Shown piece after piece: positions 12,142-25,199 of a DNA stretch of 64,000 bases. The stretch is from Monocercomonoides exilis PA203 (lineage: Eukaryota > Protista > Preaxostyla). A program made the translations under genes and the position numbers. The notes under the pieces were generated by a model. It saw only the letters and a list, made by a program, of their open reading frames with translations, had not been told where the DNA came from and made no database searches. The stretch is from assembly GCA_001643675.2 (NCBI GenBank), contig LSRY02000008.1:434001-498000 (forward strand). The letters are read 5' to 3'. The stretch's first letter is position 1; every line of letters begins with the position of its first letter.

Positions 12142-15100
12142 CTATTCGATCCTTATCGCCAAGCGCATTTTCTTTCCACTTTTCTTTTGATGCTTCTTTA
12201 ATATTTCTTTGATCGAGTTCATTATCTCTGTCATAAGTTCAACATCAATTTCCTCATAAGCTGCACCCTTTTCATCTTCGATTTCACCACCACTTTCACC
12301 AGCTTCATCAGCGGAAATTGATTCATCACACTTCATCCATTCCGGTACCTCGCTTTTAACAAATAATCTCCAATAATCTGCCATTGTCCACCCGTGCTTA
12401 TCTTTAAATTCATTTTTATGTCTCATCCATTCTGGCGGTTCTGTCTTCACATTCTCTATCCATAGCATTGCCATTGTTCGTCCAAACTTATCGGAAAGCT
12501 CATTGTTGTGTCTCATCCACTTCGGTGGATCTGTATTCACACAATTAATCCAAATCATTGCTATTGTCTCTCCATCGCTATCGTGAAGTGTAATGTCATG
12601 AGCCATCCATTCGGGTGGTTCTGTCTTGACATGACAAATCCATATCATAGCCATTGTTTGGCCATCCTTATCCGCTTGCGTAATACCATGTCTCATCCAC
12701 TCCGGCGGTTCTGTTTGAACAAGTTGAATCCACAGCATAGCCATCGTTGCACCATAATTGCTGCCAAGTGATATATCAGGCCTCATCCATTCTGGTGGTT
12801 CTGTCTTCACAAATTCAATCCATAGCATCGCCATTGTCCTTCCGCCATTATCAGCAAGTGTATTATCATGCCTCATCCACTCAGGAGGTTCTGTTTTTTC
12901 TCCTCAATCCACTTCATTGACAATGTCCTCCCTTCCTTCTTGCCTTGCGCGTTATCCATTATCATCCATTTTGGCGGCTCTGTTTTGATGATTGCAATCC
13001 AGTGCATGGCTATTGTTCGTCCTTCTTTATCAGCAAGTTCATTATCGTGCCTCATCCACTCAGGAGGTTCAGTTTTGACATATTGAATCCAATTCATTGC
13101 CATTGTTTCTCCTTTGTTATTTTTATGTGATGTTTCATGCCTTATTGATAAAGGCGGTTCTGAATGGACTTCTTGAATCCATAGCATCGCTACTGTATTT
13201 CCACCATTATCGCCAATTGTTGTATCATGCATCATCCAATTAGGTGGTTCTTTTTGATACACCTAACCCAGTGCATGGCCATTGTTTGTCCATTCTTATC
13301 AGAAAATGAACTTCCATGTCTCATCCACTCAGGTGGTTCTGTTTTGATATTTGAAATCCATAACATTACCATAGTTAATCCGTTATTATTCCCAAGAATA
13401 ATACCATGTCTCATCCATTCTGGCGGTTCTGTCTTCACATTCTCTATCCATAGCATTGCCATTGTTCGTCCAAACTTATCGGAAAGCTCATTGTTGTGTC
13501 TCATCCACTTCGGTGGATCTGTATTCACACAATTAATCCAAATCATTGCTATTGTCTCTCCATCGCTATCGTGAAGTGTAATGTCATGAGCCATCCATTC
13601 GGGTGGTTCTGTCTTGACATGACAAATCCATATCATAGCCATTGTTTGGCCATCCTTATCCGCTTGCGTAATACCATGTCTCATCCACTCCGGCGGTTCT
13701 GTTTGAACAAGTTGAATCCACAGCATAGCCATCGTTGCACCATAATTGCTGCCAAGTGATATATCAGGCCTCATCCATTCTGGTGGTTCTGTCTTCACAA
13801 ATTCAATCCATAGCATCGCCATTGTCCTTCCGCCATTATCAGCAAGTGTATTATCATGCCTCATCCACTCAGGAGGTTCTGTTTTTTTCTCCTCAATCCA
13901 CTTCATTGACAATGTCCTCCCTTCCTTCTTGCCTTGCGCGTTATCCATTATCATCCATTTTGGCGGCTCTGTTTTGATGATTGCAATCCAGTGCATGGCT
14001 ATTGTTCGTCCTTCTTTATCAGCAAGTTCATTATCGTGCCTCATCCACTCAGGAGGTTCAGTTTTGACATATTGAATCCAATTCATTGCCATTGTTTCTC
14101 CTTTGTTATTTTTATGTGATGTTTCATGCCTTATTGATAAAGGCGGTTCTGAATGGACTTCTTGAATCCATAGCATCGCTACTGTATTTCCACCATTATC
14201 GCCAATTGTTGTATCATGCATCATCCAATTAGGTGGTTCTTTTTGATACACCTAACCCAGTGCATGGCCATTGTTTGTCCATTCTTATCAGAAAATGAAC
14301 TTCCATGTCTCATCCACTCAGGTGGTTCTGTTTTGATATTTGAAATCCATAACATTACCATAGTTAATCCGTTATTATTCCCAAGAATAATACCATGTCT
14401 CATCCATTCTGGCGGTTCTGTCTTCACATTCTCTATCCATAGCATTGCCATTGTTCGTCCAAACTTATCGGAAAGCTCATTGTTGTGTCTCATCCACTTC
14501 GGTGGATCTGTATTCACACAATTAATCCAAATCATTGCTATTGTCTCTCCATCGCTATCGTGAAGTGTAATGTCATGAGCCATCCATTCGGGTGGTTCTG
14601 TCTTGACATGACAAATCCATATCATAGCCATTGTTTGGCCATCCTTATCCGCTTGCGTAATACCATGTCTCATCCACTCCGGCGGTTCTGTTTGAACAAG
14701 TTGAATCCACAGCATAGCCATCGTTGCACCATAATTGCTGCCAAGTGATATATCAGGCCTCATCCATTCTGGTGGTTCTGTCTTCACAAATTCAATCCAT
14801 AGCATCGCCATTGTCCTTCCGCCATTATCAGCAAGTGTATTATCATGCCTCATCCACTCAGGAGGTTCTGTTTTTTCTCCTCAATCCACTTCATTGACAA
14901 TGTCCTCCCTTCCTTCTTGCCTTGCGCGTTATCCATTATCATCCATTTTGGCGGCTCTGTTTTGATGATTGCAATCCAGTGCATGGCTATTGTTCGTCCT
15001 TCTTTATCAGCAAGTTCATTATCGTGCCTCATCCACTCAGGAGGTTCAGTTTTGACATATTGAATCCAATTCATTGCCATTGTTTCTCCTTTGTTATTTT

Positions 15101-18100
15101 TATGTGATGTTTCATGCCTTATTGATAAAGGCGGTTCTGAATGGACTTCTTGAATCCATAGCATCGCTACTGTATTTCCACCATTATCGCCAATTGTTGT
15201 ATCATGCATCATCCAATTAGGTGGTTCTTTTTTGATACACCTAACCCAGTGCATGGCCATTGTTTGTCCATTCTTATCAGAAAATGAACTTCCATGTCTC
15301 ATCCACTCAGGTGGTTCTGTTTTGATATTTGAAATCCATAACATTACCATAGTTAATCCGTTATTATTCCCAAGAATAATACCATGTCTCATCCATTCTG
15401 GCGGTTCTGTCTTCACATTCTCTATCCATAGCATTGCCATTGTTCGTCCAAACTTATCGGAAAGCTCATTGTTGTGTCTCATCCACTTCGGTGGATCTGT
15501 ATTCACACAATTAATCCAAATCATTGCTATTGTCTCTCCATCGCTATCGTGAAGTGTAATGTCATGAGCCATCCATTCGGGTGGTTCTGTCTTGACATGA
15601 CAAATCCATATCATAGCCATTGTTTGGCCATCCTTATCCGCTTGCGTAATACCATGTCTCATCCACTCCGGCGGTTCTGTTTGAACAAGTTGAATCCACA
15701 GCATAGCCATCGTTGCACCATAATTGCTGCCAAGTGATATATCAGGCCTCATCCATTCTGGTGGTTCTGTCTTCACAAATTCAATCCATAGCATCGCCAT
15801 TGTCCTTCCGCCATTATCAGCAAGTGTATTATCATGCCTCATCCACTCAGGAGGTTCTGTTTTTTTCTCCTCAATCCACTTCATTGACAATGTCCTCCCT
15901 TCCTTCTTGCCTTGCGCGTTATCCATTATCATCCATTTTGGCGGCTCTGTTTTGATGATTGCAATCCAGTGCATGGCTATTGTTCGTCCTTCTTTATCAG
16001 CAAGTTCATTATCGTGCCTCATCCACTCAGGAGGTTCAGTTTTGACATATTGAATCCAATTCATTGCCATTGTTTCTCCTTTGTTATTTTTATGTGATGT
16101 TTCATGCCTTATTGATAAAGGCGGTTCTGAATGGACTTCTTGAATCCATAGCATCGCTACTGTATTTCCACCATTATCGCCAATTGTTGTATCATGCATC
16201 ATCCAATTAGGTGGTTCTTTTTTGATACACCTAACCCAGTGCATGGCCATTGTTTGTCCATTCTTATCAGAAAATGAACTTCCATGTCTCATCCACTCAG
16301 GTGGTTCTGTTTTGATATTTGAAATCCATAACATTACCATAGTTAATCCGTTATTATTCCCAAGAATAATACCATGTCTCATCCATTCTGGCGGTTCTGT
16401 CTTCACATTCTCTATCCATAGCATTGCCATTGTTCGTCCAAACTTATCGGAAAGCTCATTGTTGTGTCTCATCCACTTCGGTGGATCTGTATTCACACAA
16501 TTAATCCAAATCATTGCTATTGTCTCTCCATCGCTATCGTGAAGTGTAATGTCATGAGCCATCCATTCGGGTGGTTCTGTCTTGACATGACAAATCCATA
16601 TCATAGCCATTGTTTGGCCATCCTTATCCGCTTGCGTAATACCATGTCTCATCCACTCCGGCGGTTCTGTTTGAACAAGTTGAATCCACAGCATAGCCAT
16701 CGTTGCACCATAATTGCTGCCAAGTGATATATCAGGCCTCATCCATTCTGGTGGTTCTGTCTTCACAAATTCAATCCATAGCATCGCCATTGTCCTTCCG
16801 CCATTATCAGCAAGTGTATTATCATGCCTCATCCACTCAGGAGGTTCTGTTTTTTCTCCTCAATCCACTTCATTGACAATGTCCTCCCTTCCTTCTTGCC
16901 TTGCGCGTTATCCATTATCATCCATTTTGGCGGCTCTGTTTTGATGATTGCAATCCAGTGCATGGCTATTGTTCGTCCTTCTTTATCAGCAAGTTCATTA
17001 TCGTGCCTCATCCACTCAGGAGGTTCAGTTTTGACATATTGAATCCAATTCATTGCCATTGTTTCTCCTTTGTTATTTTTATGTGATGTTTCATGCCTTA
17101 TTGATAAAGGCGGTTCTGAATGGACTTCTTGAATCCATAGCATCGCTACTGTATTTCCACCATTATCGCCAATTGTTGTATCATGCATCATCCAATTAGG
17201 TGGTTCTTTTTTGATACACCTAACCCAGTGCATGGCCATTGTTTGTCCATTCTTATCAGAAAATGAACTTCCATGTCTCATCCACTCAGGTGGTTCTGTT
17301 TTGATATTTGAAATCCATAACATTACCATAGTTAATCCGTTATTATTCCCAAGAATAATACCATGTCTCATCCACTCTTGCGGTTCTGTTTGAACAAGTT
17401 GAATCCACAGCATTACCATTGTTGCACCTTTATTGTCTTTTAGTGTTATGCTGTGCCTCATCCATTCTGGTGGTTCTGTCTTGACCTCCTTTATCCAATG
17501 CATCGCCATTGTCCTTCCATCCCTGTCAGCAAGCGCAATTCTATGTCTCATCCATTCTGGTGGCTCTGTTTTGACTTCTTGAATCCAATTCATCGCTATT
17601 GTCCTTCCACTCTTATCAGAAAGTTCCGCTTCATGTCTCATCCATTCAGGTGGCTCTTTTCTGATGTGAATGATCCACGTCATGGCCATTGTCCATCCGT
17701 CCATGTCTGCAAGCACCTTGTCATGCCTCATCCATCCCGGTGGATTTGTCTTCACATTTTTGATCCACAGCATCGCCATTGTTCGTCCAAACTTATCTGC
17801 AAGCGTGTTGTCGTGTCTCATCCATCCCGGTGGTTCTGTCTTGTTCTCAATGATCCACCTCATTCCCGCTGTTTGCCCATTTTCATCTTTCAGAGTTTCA
17901 TCAAATTTCATCCATTTCGGTAATTCAGTTTTAACAAAAAATTTCCAAAAATCTGCCATTGTCAATCCATTCTTGTCTTCAAGTGAACTGCGATGTCTCA
18001 TCCATTCCGGTGGATCGGTTTGAACAATTTGAATCCATATCATGGCCATTGTTGCTCCATTATTGTTGCAAAGTGTAATGTCATGTCTCATCCATTTCGG

Positions 18101-18310
18101 TGGATCGGTTTGAACAAACTGAATCCATAGCATGGCCATGGTTGACCCAAATTTGTTGCTAAGTGTAATATTATGTCTCATCCATTCTGGAGGTTCTGTC
18201 TTTTTCTCAATAATCCATCGCATTGCTTCTGTTCTACCATCCTCGTCCCTTTTCAATGGATCACTTTTCAATTTTTGCATATCTGTTGTATATCTTATTT
18301 TACCGCTCAA
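12142..18310 (-). CDS. Giant 30-aa tandem-repeat protein (~2050 aa, ~65 repeats if five 1-bp homopolymer deletions are restored)
   Basis: Six consecutive ORFs with the same repeat, broken only at A7>A6 or A6>A5 runs that are intact in sister copies; likely start MQKLKSD (18280) or a short upstream exon; acidic C-terminal tail. Confidence 0.8.
12418..17374. repeat. Five tandem copies of a 990-bp unit (11 x 90 bp)
   Basis: Units start at 12418, 13406, 14395, 15384, 16374 (988, 989, 989, 990, 989 bp); I saw no differences other than two homopolymer lengths. Confidence 0.95.
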
Positions 18311-19270
18311 CGCTTCAGTTTTGCTGCTCGTCCTGCAATATAAGCAGCAAAAATGTCAATCGTTAAAAACTGTTATTTGAAATAACTATTATATATATGA
18401 TCATGTTTGAGTATTTTTTTAAATACTGTTTATCTCTTTAAATAAATAAGAAAATGAGCATAAAGTGATTGCATGATTTTTGGCAGTGCTGCATTTTGTT
18501 ATTCAAACATTTTTTTCAAAACAGAAAAAAATATTATATTATTTATTCATATTTTTATTTTTTTTTGATGATAGTTTAACAAATTATAAGTGAATGAAAA
18601 TGAAAAGCCAAGTAGTGAAAAATATCAAACCTGTGAATTAATGATGAGTCTTGTATTTTCTGCTCTTTTGCTTTTGCACCAAAACCCTCAGAAACACTCT
18701 TGGAATTGAGTTCAGTCATTTCTTTTCACCAATTCATTTCTTTTTTATTTTTTCTTACACATAAAAAATTTCTTCAGGGATGTATTCATTTGTATCAGCC
18801 ACAGAAACAGTTGAGTGAGTGAGTGAGTGTGTGGCAGAAGAGAAGGGAAAGATGAATGCCATTCACTCTGATGGAGAACATGCACATTCTGAAAAGAGGC
18901 TGAAATGTTGCCTTTGGAAAAGAAATGGCTGTATGAAAAAACAAAAGCGAAAGAGAGAAAGAGAGAAAAAGAAAAAAATGGATGTTTGAATGGAAAATGT
19001 GAATGTTCAGAGCAAATAAACAGGAAAAGAATTTGACACTCAGCATCATTCAGAATGAGAAGTGGAAGTTGAAAAATTAATTGTGAAAATGAGAGGACAA
19101 TTAAAAAGTCGGAAAGAAAGACAAAGACAAAAACAAAGAGAAATACAAACAAATGAAATAGAATATGAATAAATGATATCAAGAAAGATGAAGAAAAGAA
19201 AGAAATAAAAAACAACTACAAATGAAGAGAAAGAATAATATGAAAAAATGGTGATTGTGATGAGAAGGAT

Positions 19271-19383
19271 GAAGAAGAGGAAGAAGAGGAAGAAGAGGAA
19301 GAAGAGGAAGAAGAGGAAGAGGAAGAGGAAGAGGAAGAGGAAGAGGAAGAGGAAGAGGAAGATGAAGAAGAAGAAGAAGAAGA
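19271..19383. repeat. GAAGAAGAG/GAAGAG purine microsatellite within decayed acidic coding debris (~18.8-21.5 kb)
   Basis: Read directly; explains the spurious poly-K/R ORF 19248-19961. Confidence 0.9.
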
Positions 19384-21663
19384 GAAATATGTGTTATATT
19401 GCCCGAAGGCAGAGGAAGGCTGTAATGTTTGAGAGGATGAATGAGATGGGGATGCAGAAAGCAGTGAAGAAGAACATGAAACAGATTAAGATTATAATGA
19501 AGATGATGAAGATTATGAGGAGGATAAAGAAGAAGAAAAAGAAAAAGAAAGAAGAAGAAAAGAAATGCATTGAAGATAATCTTGCTTGTTTTGATGTTGA
19601 AGATTGTGATAAATCAGACGAGGAAGAAAAAAGAAAGAAGAAGATGAAGATTTCGGAGAAATTAGATCCATCGGAGAAATACAATCACCATTTCCGTTTC
19701 TGCTTTTCCCTTTCCTCTTTCACAGTCCAATCATCAATCATCCATCAAATTTTCTCCTTCTCCCTCCTTTTCTCTGAAGTTTTCCCTCTCTCTGAATATT
19801 CTTCTTCTTCTTCTTTTCCTTCTTCATATTTATATTGCTCTTCTGTTATTTTTCTGCTCATTTCTTTCTCATCTCCTTTTGATCCATTTTCTTTTTCATT
19901 TCTCAACTCTCCCAAAAAATTAACATTGCTCATCAAACAGCAAACATATGAGCATGGATGAGTCAAATGAAGATAATCATCCGAATGGAGACATGAAACA
20001 GACTGTGATTGAAGATGATGTTGATGGAGGAGAATATGACGATATCAATAATGGTGATGAAAATGTTGATGAAAATGAAGGCGAAAAAGATGAAGAGGAA
20101 AATGAAAAAGAGGTAAAAGAGGCAGTGTGTCTGAAGAGTGTGGAGGCAGAGAAGGCATCTGAATACACAAGAGCAATCAGAACATTCACAAGTGCTCCCA
20201 AAAAAGGGATATTTAACAGCATCGGTGTGAGATAAACGCTCTCAAACTGTGTGTGCAATCAGACAGAAACAACTGCGATGCAGATGGCTGGCTGGCAGAT
20301 GAACAATTGCAATCGCAATTACAACTACTCGAATTCAGATTGACATATGAAGAGGAATATGAAGAAGAAGAAGAAGAAGATGATGATGATGATGATGATA
20401 GAGGAATCTGTTTGCATTCTTCCTGTTGCATCGTGACAGAAGCACTGCTGATTGGATGCTCAAAATGAGGCTGACTCCCAACATTCAATGCATTTGAAGC
20501 AGATGATGGTGAAGATGGTGAAGAAGAAAAAGAAGGAGAAGAAGAAGCGGATGAATGGAGGGAATCTGAATTTGAAGCAGATTGTGGTTGAGATGGAGAA
20601 AGATGATGCTGATGCTCATTCATCACATTCCTTCTTTTCATACAATTTCGAATGCCATTGCTCCAGCCAGAAGACGATTATTTGCCGCTCCTCTCTTTCC
20701 TTCCCCTCCTTCTTCCCTCTGTTCTCCCAATGGCTGCAGAAGAGGCAGCGTTTCTTCCCCACAAAATGACCCAGGCAACTTTTCAAGCCATTCAAATGTG
20801 CCACATTATTCATCCCTTGTAATTTTCTTCTTTTGCTTCTGATGAATACGATTCTTTGGATTTTGAGGATATGTGAACACTTTGTTATATGTGTCTTTCC
20901 CCAGGCCCTTATTATTTGTTTCTTCTTCTTTTTCTTCTTCTTCTTCTTCTTCCTCATTATCATCATCATCGTCTTTGCCTTTGTTGCTGTCAACTTTCAT
21001 TTCATCTGGAATTTCCTCCCAATTTTTGGTTGATGGGAGAGAATTGAATAAGAATGTGCTGAAAAATTGTCAAGTGAAGAGGCAACTCGCTCTTGCACTT
21101 CCGTAATTATTAAAATGTCTCCTATTGCTCGTCTTTTCTGCGCATCCTGAAGCATTCAAAGAAGGCCATCATGGATATCACATCGAAGGAGTGATTAGCA
21201 AAATGAAGATGAAGTTGCAGAAGCAGAAGCCGAAAATGAAGAAAAATCAGAGAGAGGTCGCTCAGCTGGAGACATTCACTCGAAAATCACTCACATGGAA
21301 GGAAAATACACGTTGCAACGGAGAAATCTTTCGAATGTCATCTCGGTTGTTATTCATCCCCAAACAAGAATTGTTCAGATGTAATTTTCTTTTCGTCTGT
21401 GTCTCCTTCATTCACTGAAAATGGAGGGAAAGGCATCCTCCTTTTCTTATTGAATGCTTTCCTATGGGCTTTTCTTGGCTCATCATAACGTCTCTTCCAT
21501 TTCCAAAAAATTTCTGCTGATATTCTATGTAAGAATAAACATTTCTTTTATCTTTTTGAATAGAAATGAAAGGCGATGCTTGGTGCTGAGTCTGAGGGTT
21601 GCTGGTTGAAATGAAAAAAAATATCATAATTTTTGTTGTGTGTTGTAGAAGAAGAAGTATATG

Positions 21664-21729
<66 letters not shown>
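21664..21729 (+). repeat. Poly(A) tract, 66 nt
   Basis: Read directly. Confidence 0.95.
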
Positions 21730-21731
<2 letters not shown>

Positions 21732-22733
21732 ATGAATGAAGAAAGAAGATTAATTTAAAACAAATAGTTATCCTCATTTTTGTTAAAAATCTTTCTCGAA
21801 AATTTTGAGAATTCAGTAAATCTTCACATTTTCGTGTCTCCATCTTATTGACCATTTAAATACACAATCTTATGATGTTAAAGTACAATTATTATGCGAA
21901 ATATTATCAGTTAATTTGAAATCAATATCAGCAGCATTGACAATTCCGTGAAACTTCTATTCCTATTTGTAGTATTTTAAAATGAAAACAACATTCCAAA
22001 CCAAACCTTTCATGTATTATCTTTGGTTATTTCCATAAATATAGCGCTTGTTCCAAAGAAATAAATTTTTATTATGGGTATTCAAAAAATTATTTTGTAT
22101 TATTTACTGTGATATGAATAAATATTAAGTTATTAACAAAATATTGTTTATTTCAAAATTGAATAAATTTAGCTTAAAATGACGCAATAGATTACACAAA
22201 AGTATTTAGCTTTTTGAATGATGCAAGTTATTTTCACTTGGCAAATAGTTCTCTGAAAGATTGTCTTTTAACCTATGGTTAATTTTTTTTTATCAAAAAA
22301 TAATTAACTTTTTAATAAACACAGTTCATTTGAGGTAGCGAATTTTGAACAAAAAAACTTATAATTTTCAATTATTATCAATCTTCAGTTTGCAACTAAA
22401 AAAAATAAAAGAATAAAAATATTACTTTTTAAATTATAAAATAGGTGATTATGATTTGAATATGCTCAAATGCCATTTCCAAAAAAAAAAAAAGAAGAAG
22501 AAGAATAGAAAAGAAAAACAAAAAAGAAAAATTCCACAAAAAAAAGTTGATCGACATCTTGACGATCTTTGTTATGATATTGATCAAATTGTTAACGCCC
22601 AAAACAAATAATAAGCTTTCAAAGATCTTTCCCATAAATTGAAATAAGGAAAACGCAAGCAACACATAATTATCTGTGATCATAAAGGCAATTTAAATGT
22701 GAAATGAAGAAGGTTCTTTAAATCCAAGGAGAG

Positions 22734-23005
22734 ATGACGATGGATACACAAGAGCAGTGAGATGGATCATGAAAAAAGGAACAGAACCACCTAAAGAGAT
22801 GAGACACGATATTGCAATAAAAGATGGTTGGAGAAAACAAACAATGGCTATGATATGGATTCAACAAGTCAAAACAGACCCACCAGAGTGGATGAGGCAT
22901 GACAAATGCATTAGCAACAAGAATGGATGGACAATGAAAACATTTTGGAATAACTATGTCAAGACTGATGTTCCAGAATGGATGAAGACTGATCACTCAA
23001 TATAA
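22734..23005 (+). pseudogene. Minimal member or relic of the 30-aa repeat family (N-cap + repeat + C-cap)
   Basis: DDDGYTRAVRWIMKKGTEPPKEMRHD...TMAMIWIQQVKTDPPEWMRHD...TMKTFWNNYVKTDVPEWM; start not clean. Confidence 0.7.
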
Positions 23006-24739
23006 CAAAGTTGTTCCCAAAATGGAATAAACGTTTTATCGTTTTTTAACATTTGCATGGATGTCAGTATTTGAATTTTGTAACAGTCACAAACTTATTG
23101 TTCACATTCTTTTTAATTTGGATAATATTTATTTTTTTGTATTCATTTTAATCTCGATATATATAGACATATGTGTATCAGAGAAATTTTTATTTCTTTT
23201 TCTTCATTTTATTTCCTTATTTTCAATTGTTATTTTCAGTTTAAAAGATAATACAATACATTTATTTGAATCAATATCTTCTGAAACATGTCATTTCTAT
23301 CTTATATTAGATAAAAATAACAAAAAAATAAAAGAGAAACAGAATTAGAGATGAATACATTAAATAGAACAAGTGTTAATATTCACTATTTGTGATGAAT
23401 TGCAATTTTAGTCAAATATTTGTGTTTTGCAGATATAAAAAGAATGAAAGACTTTCCTATCGCACATGAATCTTTTCATCAAAAGAAACAGTTTCCATTA
23501 TTAATATTTGAAATTTCTGGAATGGGAGAACGGAGAATAGGCAAGATGTGTATATTCGCTTGACATTTGTGATCTTCAAAAGCAGCATTTTCTGAGAAAC
23601 AGATAACCTTACAGAAAAAATTGTTACAAATAGAAAATGTGATGTGAGCAAATAAAATTTCCTCAATTACGTTATTATCGCATTTTTCAACAAATGAAAT
23701 TCTGAAAAATTAATCGCTTCTTCAAGAAGCATACAGATGCTCGTTTTTTTTCCGGGATTTTCAAAAATTGTATTTTTTCTCAAATTATTTTTCAACCTGT
23801 AAGAGGTGAATTTTCAGTTTTTGCAATTAAAATTTTTCGATGGACACAATAAGAATAGGAGAATTTTTTTGAATCAAAAATTTTAATTCAGTTCATCAAA
23901 GATGAATTCTGTTTATCCCTCAACAACTTTTTTCGAGATCAATTTTGAATTTAAAATATGGAGCAAAATTCTTTCATTTATGAAAAAAACAATGATTTGT
24001 TCCAAACTTTTTCTCCAACCTTATCTTTATAAGTCTTTCATTTCTTTATCAAAAAAATTCTGAAAAATTTTAAATTTGAGAAGAATATTTGTTTGAGTGG
24101 AATGGTTCAAAATTCAGAAAGCAAAATATTTCGTGCCATTTCACAAATTATAATGTTTCTTTCAGATTTATGAGCATTATAAATTCTAGTTAATTCAATC
24201 TTGAAAATTTTTGTCTTTCAGTTAATGTGCAAATAACAAAAAGAAAATCTGGAATTTTGAACCAAACGATTGGAGATATTGAATAACAAGTGAAACTTTT
24301 TAAAGACTAAATAATGAGTGCTTATTTTTAAATATCACATGATTATATTCGATATTTGAAGAGCGTTTTTCAGAGAAAGAAGAAATAATGATAAAGAAAG
24401 AAAAGATATAACTATTTGTTGAATCGTCCGAAGAATAAATTCACATTATGTTGTTGTAAATTATACTTTAAATGTTGTTAACATATCGGAAATATATTAT
24501 TCATTATTTCTGATTAGAAAATTATTTTTGAATCAAACAGTAGCAAAATGAGGAACTTGCACGTATGAGTGCATACACGCTTCATGCTGGCAAGTTTTTT
24601 TTAATTAAGAAGGAATTTATTACCAAAATGTTCCAGCTTAATTCAAAACGAAAAGTTTTCAGAAAATTTCGTGCAACGCAACATCAACCGTTGGAAGATT
24701 GTTTTTTATTCGAGTCTATCAACAGCTTTTTGTTACAAT

Positions 24740-25024
24740 TATTATTACTATTTCTTCTTCTTCCACGATTGCAGATGTAGTTATTCCACTCCATATGGCC
24801 ATGATGTGTATTTTCGAAATGACTATATACTCTTCTCATCAAACAATCCGTTCCACGAATCGTATTCAACGAACAACAATGATACGAGAGTGTGCTATTG
24901 GAATGGAGCATATCAGTATTCAGAAAAGAAGGATTGGCTGAAGGAAGGGATGAAGAATCGGTATGTTGGGGTGAGTGGGGATGATGCGAGCAATCTGTGT
25001 GGGATGAGTGTGTCTGCTCCGTGA
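24740..25024 (+). pseudogene. Internal fragment of a beta-helix surface-protein gene (family of 38766-46521)
   Basis: FFHDCRC..GHDV..YSTNNNDTRV..KKDWLK..CGMSVSAP* matches FFHNNSC..GHDI..YSTRNTTNRV..KSGWLK..CGRDESHPC in the large protein. Confidence 0.7.
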
Positions 25025-25199
25025 GAGATTGTGTGGAATGAACAGATCGGAAAAAATCAAAAAGGAACCAATCATAAAGAGTTTTAATGGAATATCTCTG
25101 GAGTTAACAGGAAGAACATTGCAGAAGAGTACAGCTATCCAACTCAAATCCCTTTTTATTTACCGCTCCCTTATGCAGCATGCCCTCCTTCCCTGCCAT

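Noticed and set aside
12418-17374. Regular conserved/variable alternation resembling a CRISPR array (also 1-1640)
   Set aside because: Period is 90 bp and in frame, variation is codon-structured, context is eukaryotic, and no cas genes are present
225-18380. Antisense ORFs such as MSHPFWWFC.. and LIHSGGSV..
   Set aside because: Shadows of the repeat genes on the opposite strand
19248-21855. Poly-K/R, poly-F and poly-S ORFs
   Set aside because: Produced by GAA/GAG microsatellites and the poly(A) run; no coherent protein
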